The position numbers and the translations under genes are program-made. Source: Trichinella spiralis (taxonomy: Eukaryota). Taken from it: a stretch of DNA of 59,801 nucleotides. Of this stretch, positions 49,217 through 59,801 are shown piece after piece (the first letter of the stretch is position 1; every line of letters begins with the position of its first letter). The DNA is taken from the NCBI RefSeq assembly GCF_000181795.1, contig NW_003526943.1, positions 4,702,670 through 4,762,470 of the forward strand, written 5' to 3'. Under the pieces are notes generated by a model. That model did no database searches and was not told where the DNA came from. It saw nothing but the letters and a program-made list of their open reading frames with translations.

Positions 49217-50893
49217 ATGTCTTCGTTAAGTCAGCTGAGCAAAACAGTAAAGCAAGTCGATGAGGATTCCACCGAGCAGTTCATCACACAGCTGATAATT
49301 AATGTTGAAGAACACATTCTGCTTCATCATGTGAACAAGTTGCTTGCATTGCCAATGATTCAGCACATTATTCAGATTCCGACGCCTGAACCAAGTGGAC
49401 AAATTAAGAAAGGGTTCGCAGAAACATGCTATTCAACTGCAGGTTTGCCGTATAATATGACAGGCAGAATAATTGGCCCGCGTGGTTGCACTGTGAAAGC
49501 TATTCAACTATTATGTGGATGTGGCATCGAGTTGAATTTCATAAAATATAATTTACTGCTAATCCAGATATTCGTTGAACCAGATTACGAGAGCATTGTG
49601 AAGTTCAAAATTTGGAAAGCATTTCAGCTCATTTATTGTTTGCTTCGCATGGATCCTTCAGGAAAAGATATGGTGCGAGTAATTCAATCTGATGATTTCA
49701 AATTCTATGAAAGCCAGGTTGAAATCATCATAAAATTCTTTATCATTCAGCAGCATTGTCATTCTGATATAAATGATGTAAGTGCTGTTTCAAGTAACCA
49801 TTACTCAGTGGGTAAACGATTTTCAGTGGAAATGCTTAAAGTATTGGAAAAGCAAATGCTGACCAGTCACATGAACAACTTGCTAGCATTGCCAATGTTC
49901 CATGATATTTTCAGCATTCCATCACCAGCAGCGAGTGGTAGAGTTACAAATGGATATGCTAAGAAGATCTATTCACTTCTCGACTTTCCATTTAATATTT
50001 CAGGCAGAATAATTGGTCCTCGTGGTTTAACTGTGAAAGTGATTCAAACAGTTTGTGGATGCCGCATCCGACTGCGTTGGAAAGAAGTCTATGCGCTACA
50101 AATCGAAGTATTCGTCGAGCGTGATTTTGAAAGTATTGTGAAATTCAAGCTTTGGAGAGCATTTAAATGTATTAATTGCTTGCTAAAATCGTTTTCTTCT
50201 GACGAAGACATGGTGAATGCAGTTCAATTAAAGGATTTGAAATTCTATGCAACTCGAGCTGAAATGTTGAAGGTTCATTTTCCCGTTAATTTATGTGGCG
50301 CAGATTTGTTGAATGCTCCATTAAATGAGAAGAATTCATTCATCACTGTAGGTATAGTAGATATGTTTGAAAAACTTGAGGAAAATATTTTGCTTTATCA
50401 CATGAAGAATTTGCTAACATTGACACGGCTGCAGAACTTTCTTCATCTTCCGCCACCTGTACAAATTGGAGAAATTGAAAACGCATTTGCTACGAAGATT
50501 TATTCATCTTTGCACTACCCATTTGATGTTGCAAAAAGAATAATCGGTCCTAATAGCTTAACTGTAAAAGCGATACAAAATATTTGTGAATGTCGTATCC
50601 AGCTGCTACATGAAGAAAATAACACGATAAAAGTAATGGCATTCGCTGAAAATGATTATGATAGCATCTTGATGTTCAAACTTTGGAAAGCGTTTCAATG
50701 CATTAATTGCCTACTTGAAATCCATCCATTTTATAAAGACTTTGTGGGCGAAATTCAGCAGGCGGATTCTCAGTTTTGGGAACGTCAAATGGAAATTATT
50801 TTCAATAGTCTTCCAATTATTTCCAGTCTGCCAGTGTCACAGTATGATTCCACCTTTACTGTTTCCAGTGAAAATTTAAAAAAAACGTGCTAA
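49217..50893 (+). CDS. Intronless protein of about 558 aa with three tandem STAR/quaking-type KH modules
   Basis: Three repeats spaced 540 and 531 nt apart: GRIIGPRGCTVKAIQLLCGC, GRIIGPRGLTVKVIQTVCGC and KRIIGPNSLTVKAIQNICEC, matching the STAR KH motif GRILGPRG.T.K.LE..TGC. TATAAAA at 49151, first ATG at 49217, AATAAA at about 51125. Confidence 0.88.
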   Translation: MSSLSQLSKTVKQVDEDSTEQFITQLIINVEEHILLHHVNKLLALPMIQHIIQIPTPEPSGQIKKGFAETCYSTAGLPYNMTGRIIGPRGCTVKAIQLLCGCGIELNFIKYNLLLIQIFVEPDYESIVKFKIWKAFQLIYCLLRMDPSGKDMVRVIQSDDFKFYESQVEIIIKFFIIQQHCHSDINDVSAVSSNHYSVGKRFSVEMLKVLEKQMLTSHMNNLLALPMFHDIFSIPSPAASGRVTNGYAKKIYSLLDFPFNISGRIIGPRGLTVKVIQTVCGCRIRLRWKEVYALQIEVFVERDFESIVKFKLWRAFKCINCLLKSFSSDEDMVNAVQLKDLKFYATRAEMLKVHFPVNLCGADLLNAPLNEKNSFITVGIVDMFEKLEENILLYHMKNLLTLTRLQNFLHLPPPVQIGEIENAFATKIYSSLHYPFDVAKRIIGPNSLTVKAIQNICECRIQLLHEENNTIKVMAFAENDYDSILMFKLWKAFQCINCLLEIHPFYKDFVGEIQQADSQFWERQMEIIFNSLPIISSLPVSQYDSTFTVSSENLKKTC

Positions 50894-52299
50894 TTGTATT
50901 TATAAATTTTGTTGTTTTAATGTTACTGAATGCATGAAAAATGCTTCATCATTTTGAATGATTTTATTATTATCTTAATTCTTACCCAACAGTTTCTGTT
51001 GTTTATCATATTCACAATTCATTCTAATAATTCATAGCTAATTTTAATTTTGTAATGATGTTTCTTATTTGGCATTACTCTTTATCATAATTTTTCAATG
51101 TTCAAAGTTGAAAGTGCATTATCAAATAAATAATAAAATTTAAATTTTTGCTGTATTGTCCAGAAAATGGTAGTGAATCTGAGCATAAATTTTACTTACA
51201 ATACCATCAGTCACTACCTTTGAGGAAACACAAGATCATTTTAGAAAGGTCATCTGAACACAAGGGCATACATTTGGGTTCTTTCATGTATACTGTTAGG
51301 GTTATACTGTTAAGAGAATAGGCCTTCTCTGCAAGTGCAATTGCTAGAACGCGTTGAACGCGCTATTCTATTGGACCTTCGTATCGTTGTCTTATTGGTT
51401 TTCCTTCTCCAATTGCTCATTGACTCAAACCCTCTACTTGTGATTACGTACAATATCATATCATTTCATTCGTTCAAATATTTCCATTTAGAATGATGTA
51501 ACTTCAATAATAATGACGCAGTAATAATAATGAAAATATTTGTTATTCCAACATTTTCAATCCAAATTTATGAAGTTTTGCCATTCATTTAAATTATGAA
51601 CTTACTGAAGACTATACTTCATAGCGATCAACACTTTTAACAATAATTATTTTCATCATTCCATATTTTATTGCACCAAAAGGCGTTATATCAAATGAGA
51701 TATTAATAATACAAATCGAACACAAAAATAAGACGGTATTCATGCTATTCACATCCACAAGGCATAAATACATAATAGCTGGCTTCTCATTAATAAAACT
51801 GATTGCAAAAGCAATGCAGAGACGCAAAAAATTTCTGGATCTCATTTGCATTTTCAGCCTGAACATTGTATACGTTTGATTGTTCACAATCTATTCCGTT
51901 GACTTGGCAATTGTAACGGTGGTGTCAAATCCACAATAGAAATTACTTTATGAAATCAGTTGTGTACTATAAAAACTAGGCAAACTCACAAGCACTCGAA
52001 AACAAATGACAAAGTAACATCCTCAGGATTTTGGCAATTGTTTGCCTTTTCATTGAATAATTGTTTATGTTCATTCTGCTAAACATGCTTTTGAAACCAT
52101 ATAACAACATTAAGTAAGGTTTTCATAGTGAATTCCATTTACTTTATTTGCAAGTAAAACAAATGAAAATCAGATTATTATCACGTTATTGAATTTATCA
52201 AATATGTAAATTTGCAAAAATATGCATGTTAAAGCAATCACTTCACATAAAACCCTTAATAAAGAGGTGTCTTTATTTTGGGATTGTATAATAAACGTA

Positions 52300-52392
52300 A
52301 AGGAAATCATTACGATTTCCAAAACAAAAATTCTGTACAACAAATATTTGTCGTACACGTTTCAGTTACCTTCAAAATGAATTGAACGGTAT
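52300..52392 (-). ncRNA. Spliced-leader (SL) RNA gene, Trichinella-type non-canonical leader
   Basis: The - strand reads (A)TACCGTTCAATTCATTTTGAAG|GTAACTG: a 22-nt ATG-free leader (52391-52370) plus GT donor folded into stem-loop I (TACC-G-TTCAA/TTGAA-GGTA). Stem-loop II is TGTACGACAAA/TTTGTTGTACA (52357-52334), the Sm site is AATTTTTG (52332-52325), and stem-loop III is GGAAATC/GATTTCC (52320-52302). Confidence 0.92.
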
Positions 52393-53023
52393 GAATCGCA
52401 TTTTCAATGAAATTCGTCTGTTGTAGTAGAAAGTTGAATTTTAAATTGGGTTTTGTAATTGAATTTAGTCATATAAAAACATGAATTATTAAAATTCTCA
52501 GTATTGTTATTCATTTATTTATTAAATTATTCGCTATTAGTCGATATTAGTTGTGCATCATTTTAAGATGATATTCGAAAATCAGATCTGCGCTTGTGGA
52601 ATTGAAGTGCGAAATTTGCATTATTCATCTCAAAAAATAAATAAATAATTTATAAATTGAATATAAAAATTAAACATTATGTGGAATGAAAAAAATATTT
52701 CATTAAAACGCAATTTGTGTGCTACTTGTGGATCTCTTCAGTATTTGCACTGAATTAAAAAAAACAGAGATATCTTTCAATACCAAATAATTTCATATTG
52801 TAAGCATGTTATGGACAAGAATTAAACCGGGACTTATTACACTATATGTTTTAATCGTTCAGTACGTCTATTCGATTTTTAATTTTAATTTTTCCTATTA
52901 GAAGAATTGAACTTCATGGGAATCATTTAATGATTTCCTAACTTTCCTAAGTAAAGTTGTTAAATATATTGATATGAAGGTTTGTAATTCCACTGCCTGA
53001 TTGGTATTGTTCTTCTAATAAAA

Positions 53024-53033
53024 NNNNNNNNNN
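53024..53033. other. Assembly gap (10 N)
   Basis: Run of n characters. Confidence 1.
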
Positions 53034-54150
53034 TACTTAATTGTTAAATGTTCGGTAAGTCAGAATAACTACCCTGGTACCCCATGCTCATCTCAAAGCG
53101 CATGAGGTATTCAAAATATGATACACGCGAGAAAAAAGCTAGCACTCCCCCCGACATATTTCTCCAAATTCATGAACTTTTTAACATGAAGTAAAGTTAT
53201 GCAGCAAATTATCTACGCTTAACTGATGTTGATTTGCACATTACATAAATTCATTTGATGTGCTGATCATCAGATTTTGAAATATACAAGCGGAATACAA
53301 TAATTGTTCGAATAAATTCAAATAAACATTATTAACGCTCTTGTGTAATTAGCCTTCTTATTTGCTAATGACACTTATTTTGCTTGCAGTTTCAGTTGTT
53401 TGTTAGGTAAAAATCACACAAAACAAGTCAATTTTAATTTTTACGAAACAATGATGTTGGTTCGCAGTTTAAACAACTTTTCAAGTAAAATATTTTCAAA
53501 ATGTCACCCTTTTATTATTTGCAGTGTTTAACATATATCTTAATGTACAACTATTATTCAAGTCGATGATGACAACGCGAAATGAATAGCCTTTCATAAT
53601 TTACTTTCTCCTCTTAAAACATTTTATATTTTTTAAAATTGAAATATTACATTACAAGCAGAATTAAAGTTGATAAGAAAATCCAACTTCAACAATAAAA
53701 AGCATTTCTTATTATCAGAAAATATATATTGTATAGAATGCTTGTTTCTATAGAATTATTCCTGCCTGGTTATTGCAAGTGTTGTTGAAAATTAATAAAT
53801 TATATTAAATTGCTAAATTATAAGAATTAAATCAGGAAATACTGCTGAAAACAGCAACAAACAGGAAGTTGTGTTTTACAGTGCTTCGACTCAAAAGTAC
53901 TCTTGAGCAAGAATGAAGCAAACACTTCACACATTTATGAATAGCTTCGCAATTTGAAAAGAAATTCTATGAATAACAATTTTTTAAAACTGTTCGTCGT
54001 TGCTGTTAAAGTTCAAAACTCTATCCAAATACATCATTCAATTATAATGCAAAAAATTGTGCTTCTTTTTTTCCATAATTAAAAAATTGCGCAAAAATAA
54101 GAATTTGTATGAAAAAAGGGGAAATAAAATCTATGAGAAGAAAAACATAC

Positions 54151-54940
54151 CGTTGTAAAGACTTGAACTGGGTAGTTGCCAGCGGCATGGTACAGCACTG
54201 CCGTCCAATTCGGATGTGTTAAAACCTGTACAAGAGCTTGATGAACTTTCGGATTCCAAGCCTGAATCCAAGCCAAATTTTGCCTCATCACAGTCAGGTG
54301 AGGGGGTATCTTCGACATTGTCCATATAATCGGGTTCAGGCATTGCTGGCGGTGCGGAGGAATCCGTGCGACCGCTTTTTGCCAATCGCTTATAAATGCG
54401 CAGATATTTTTGTGGAAATGAACCCAACTCATTGCTATCGCTGCGCCTTCTTGACCCGTTCAGTGCTGGTGATTTTTTGTATATTTTACCCGGAGTAGAA
54501 CCGGAGCCCAATGATCTGAACATTCTCAGCGTCGTTTCTTCGTCAGTCGACTCTTGTTCTGTTCCATGCATCATCGAGAAGCTCTAAATATAATTATAAT
54601 AATAATTACTAATAATAACAATAATAATAATAACAAATTGAAAATGATTATAATGATTGTTCCAATATGCGGACATGCTTGAAGTTCCTGAAACGTTCCT
54701 TCTGATACATGAGCAAACAAGGTCAGCTTATGGCTTGAACCTCTTCCGCCCTGCCCAACCTAGTGGAGTCAAGTTTGTTCCGCAGCTTGGTCTCACCTCC
54801 AGGTCATTGGAAGGTGAAGAGCAACAGATCAAACAATGGTCGTCATCCTTTTCCAGTTGCATGCAACATTTCAAATCCCTCTCAATACCTCTATAGAGTC
54901 TATTCGCCGGACCGTAAACACCGTACGCAGCCAAGTAGGC
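54151..54940 (-). CDS. Probable exons of an uncharacterised Ser/acidic-rich protein (54940-54797 and 54583-54151); start and end unresolved
   Basis: Open frames are bounded by ctaacag|GCC, GAG|gtgaga, tatttag|AGC and AACG|gtatgt, and join in phase 0. GC is elevated relative to the flanks. No domain recognised. Confidence 0.45.
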
Positions 54941-55334
54941 CTGTTAGCCGGCCATTGCTTGACCGTCCTTTGAGAAAAACCTGAAAATGGTGTGAAAGAA
55001 AAGCAGCTAACCCCTCGTTTCTTGAATAGCTTCATCTTGTAATTTTTCTTCTTATTCTTCTTCTTATACTTCTTTTTCGTCGTATAATGATAATAATAAA
55101 TTTTATATACAGTCAGTGACAAATTTTCAACCAGTCCAGTCAACTGTACTGGCTGCACACAGTCGTCTGATCCGCACTGCACCGACGCTGTGTACACCAC
55201 CAGCACAGCTGGTTAAACTCTGCTGAATCTTAAAACCAACGCATGGTTGCTCATTGTTGTGCGATTGCGAGGCCATCTGTTGACAATTTTCATTTCTACA
55301 CTTATTCACTTGATCGCTTTTCCATTTCACTGCT

Positions 55335-55365
<31 letters not shown>

Positions 55366-58300
55366 CGGCGAGGTCAAAAAGCAGCCTGTATATATATATA
55401 TGACTGAATAGAATGTTTGAGTTGACAAAGACCAGAACCGGCTTTCAAAACCGTTCATCAAGCCAAGCTAACAAGCAGGCGTTGTTGACCGGCGTTCAAC
55501 GGCTCAACGAACTCAAAGAAAATCCCAACAACCGGAATATAGAGCTTCAACAATCATATATTCACCACTACCAACAGCAATAACCAAGCCAACATATTCA
55601 TATTGCATAAAATGATGTTTCAACAGCTTTAAAATTAAATTCTTTTTTCTCCATTTAAATTCAAAACAATTATGCGCAAAAATTGGTACATCTTGAGAAA
55701 AGAGAGATTCACTTGATTGTACGCACGTTGAATAAATAATACTAGTCAAATACATTGAAACCAAAATCACTACCGCATTTGCCAACACCAAAATGGAACT
55801 CTTCTTATTCACTTTGTTCAAATTTTTAATTCTCTGAATGCAATGTCAAAAATTAAGTAATTATACCTCAATTTCCTACAAAATTTCCCCATTCATAAGT
55901 AGAACAATTTAATATAAGCGTACTCTATTTTTTTCATATTGCAATTGAATAAAAATTCCCCTTTCACCAGTAATATTCTACGTCATGGATGTAATAATTC
56001 ATGTCAAATAACGACTTTATTGAATGTGCCACTTTATGAAAATTCATTCATAATAATTCATAAATATAGATATCAGGAAAAAGAAATTCACTTTCTATAA
56101 TACTTAATGAATATCTGAAATAAAGGACTCGTATTTTGAATTTGTACTATTTTGCTTGTCACTGCTTCAACCAGCTATTAAATAGTTAACATTTGTCAGA
56201 GTTATGCAAATAATGAACAATAAATTGATAAGGAAAAGTATAAAGACAATTATAAATTTATCCACAAGTTTATTATTACAAATATTGTATCATTCTCTAT
56301 TCTCACGGCATAATAATGATAATTACAAAAAAATTGAACTTGTAATGCTTTAATATTTTATTGAAAGTGAAAAATATTTGACTAGGTTTCTTTTTTGCGA
56401 TTTAATAAATTTTCAGATATTTTCCAATTGTAGCACTGTCAAACTAAACTATGATGTTTTGCAAACACAAGCATCTGTCTGAAGCATACAGCAGCCGCTA
56501 ATTGCTATTTTTTAAAGACAATGATATATTATTTGCTTTGTTTCTCAAACCATTTCAAAAACTAAAAATAAAATCAAATTTATGAAACATAAAATCAAAA
56601 TACAGCAATAAAATTTTTTTTCCATTTGTCAGAGTGACCTCGTGTAAAAAAAATTTTCTTATGTCAATACAAAGTGACAATGCAAACACACCTTCATGAC
56701 CAACCTGAAAGCTTTTTCTTAAGCATTCCAATGCGCAGCTTATTCATTGAACAAATATCTACGAATAACATAGCACAAACTCTGTTATAGTGTGAATAAA
56801 AAAAACAAGAAGTCGAATTTATGCTGTTGCACTTCCCACCCACTCGGTGAACACAAAATATCGCTTATTTTTTTGCTATGTTATAAAGCAACAATTAAAA
56901 TTATGTGAAAAAAATTTAAAATAATAATTTACAAATTGTGCGCTATCATATGAAATAAAAAGGGATTTTGAAGCAGTACAAATAAACAAATAATTTTCAT
57001 TTATTTTAAAAAATAGTTAATGCAGTTATTAAAAATGTAAAGCTACATTTTTTTGATTTCAGTAATGAAAACGCTTTATCAAAATAGAGAAAAATTACTT
57101 TAAAGCAAAACTTAATGTTATTTTTAATATAGTAACAACCACCTTCTTACAATTATGAGAAAACAATTGAAAGCAAAAAATGCAAGGTTTTCTGTTTTTT
57201 GAAAATTGTCATTTACAAATGTAATTGACTTACTAAACCAGAGATTTACAAATCACAATAAACGTGACATGTTTGTGCTATTTTTGCTTTAACAGTACAA
57301 TCATTACTTCTGTTTTTAATAATTATACTGTACATATAAATAACCACAAATATTTACAGTTTCACTTCATTGTACAGTACAGTACAGTACAGCATTTTAA
57401 ACTGATAAACTTGACGTTCTTTAACTGATTGAATGGGCTTAAAAGTCAAACAGTATTTAAGAATTATATTTTCATCAACATGAAGAGAAAATTGAACATA
57501 CAATTTTACAATACTTTACAATACTGAAATTTATATTGCTAAAATAAATTATTCTTAATGTAGAAATTGGTGCTCGTAAACCTTCTTGAAATAGAGAAAA
57601 TGTTTAACATTAAATGATAGATACAATTTATACATAAATTTGTACACACTTTTGTCAAACATTTCAAAACTTATCAGATAAGAAGATCTTTAAAATAAAT
57701 AAACAATGTATGACAGCAAAACTGTTTCATTGCAAAAATTTTTAAGATAATTATCTGAATTATTTTTTTGCATTGAATCATTTAAAGCAAATGAATGCAA
57801 TCTCTGTTGTTTGCGCAGTTATTTTCAGCAAGACATTAAATTCTATAACCCAAAGAATACCATTTCAAAAGTAAATAAAAATGCATTAAAATTGAGCTGC
57901 ACATGTTCTGGAATACAACTCAGCTGCATCTCAGCTGTGCATTCTACGACTGATATGAATGTTGCGTTGACTCGAGGTTGACACTGAATTTATTATTTGC
58001 AAAAATCAGATGCATCAAAACCTGCTTATGTGATACTCTGTCATAGGAGAAATGAATGAATTTCTAATTTGATAATAAATAATTATTATTATGATCTGCA
58101 AAATGATGTTAATTGAAAATGATGAATGATTGAATTTCCTTGAAATTCACAAAAACAAAACACGAAAATTACTTTATAGAAACAGTAAACAACATTTGCA
58201 TAAAATAAAAAATTCAAAATTGCATACCTTGCTTACAATCAGCGTTTGCTGATCAATGTTGAAGAAAGCATTTCACGTGGTATAGCACTAAAAAGAGCAA

Positions 58301-59801
58301 AATTTAAAAAAAGAAAAAAAAATCAGCTGAGATGATTCATCAAACATCGCGCTTTGTCACAGGTGAAGCAGCTAAGTAAGAATGACGCTGAAAAGCAGGA
58401 AAATGCTGTTTACTTAAATTTCCATTGAATTCTTCACTGATCCTCATTCAGTTGACAACGTACAGTTGTGAATTGCAAAGAAAAGAAGCATGAAGATCTC
58501 AGGACAAAAATATTGCAATGGGATTGACAAAGAAACTAGCTTAAATAAGCAAGCACATTTTGACAAATACAACCAACTATACGCATGAAAACAGCGGCTG
58601 ACAAGTTCAAAGAGAAAATCAGGAAAGTTACCACCTACGCGGAAAGCATCATCGCAACGTCATCATTTATTGTGATGTCGATTTAGCAGTTGAAGTAAAA
58701 ATAAATAAGCTTGTAATACTGTATATCATAATATGATGAATACCTGCATCAACTTTTGCAAAAATGAAAAATGAAAAAAAACATAATGTTGGTAATACCA
58801 ACAAAGATGGAAAAGTTATTTCGCCTGCTTGCCGTGTGTGTGTGTTCTTTTACAAACTTTGAGAAAGCATATATATGTACATATATATAGAGAGAGAGAA
58901 TGTTTGGGCTTGTTCAAACAAAAGCAAAGTTTGTACAAGAATACAACGAAAGGTAGAAAGGGGTCCGCACGATGGGCAATGTTTGTCAGGTTATAAAAGG
59001 CCAGGAAAACAGTTTTACCTGATCTGGTGTAGAACAATTTTCTCCAGTAGTGCATCATGCAGTGAGTGTGAACACAGACGATTGTGAAAGAAAGAGAAAA
59101 AAACAGATCCAAGGACCAAATCAGTGATAAAGTATATTATGAAATGCGAGGCTGACAACAGCGGCATTTTAAATTAACCTGCTTTTTTCCATTCAAGCAA
59201 CACAGTGGCATTCTAGAGAACAACGGAAAATTGCTCATGAATACATATGGACAAAAAAACTGAATAAAACCAGATCCAAAACAATTTTATTAATTGGCCA
59301 ATCAATCTGCCCTGGATCTAACTTTTGCAATACATCATAGTCTTTATCAGTGTCTATTTGAAAAATGACATCGTCAGAAGCAATGCACATCGTATTTCCA
59401 CTTATTTCGTGTCGTACATGCAATTCATCAATTTCCGTGTAAACAACAGCTGCTTATCTCCCCAATCAACATGTACTTTCATAAATATTATTACTTTTGC
59501 ATTTCATCATATAAGATTGATTAAAAACAAAATTGTACTTAAAAATAGCAAAATTCTCAAATTTGCATCATGTCGAATTGTTAATGGATAAGAAATTGGA
59601 AATAAAGAATGCTAAAAATGACAACATCACTTCATTCATAATTGACATTTTAAATGATATTCAAATTTTCAAATTTCACAATAAAGCAATTTCAACTAAT
59701 AATCTATTGACTCTAACATTTTGGCAGCTCGATATGAAAAAATTTCATTAAATATGTTCATTGCTAGAATACGCATAGCCAAGTAGCATGGTATTTGTAA
59801 A

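Noticed and set aside
51290..51480. GC-elevated patch starting TGTTAGG with CCAAT-like motifs (possible solo LTR)
   Set aside because: No target-site duplication, matching terminus or second copy could be established.
58200..59430. Splice-like signals and a 62-aa ORF on the - strand
   Set aside because: The best-bounded candidate exon (about 58228-58287) has stops in all three frames; it could be UTR, but a CDS is unsupported.

Overview
AT-rich eukaryotic genomic DNA with short GT-AG introns and many microsatellites. It is most likely from a Trichinella-type (clade I) nematode, inferred from a non-canonical spliced-leader (SL) RNA gene at about 52.3 kb. The left three-quarters hold conserved genes: NDUFAF7 (-), PPME1 (+), an importin-13/transportin-SR-like gene (-), BAZ2/toutatis (-) and Mi-2/CHD3-4-5 (+), with a piggyBac remnant. 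The right quarter is an accessory zone. It contains Tigger/pogo remnants that appear to have seeded a 1914-bp tandem duplication, an intronless gene encoding three tandem STAR-type (QUA1-like/KH/QUA2) modules, the SL RNA gene, an assembly gap and a probable orphan gene. The best candidates for novelty are the triple-STAR protein and a duplicated, Sm-site-bearing structured RNA candidate. Exon boundaries were read by eye and family assignments rest on remembered motifs; no searches were run.
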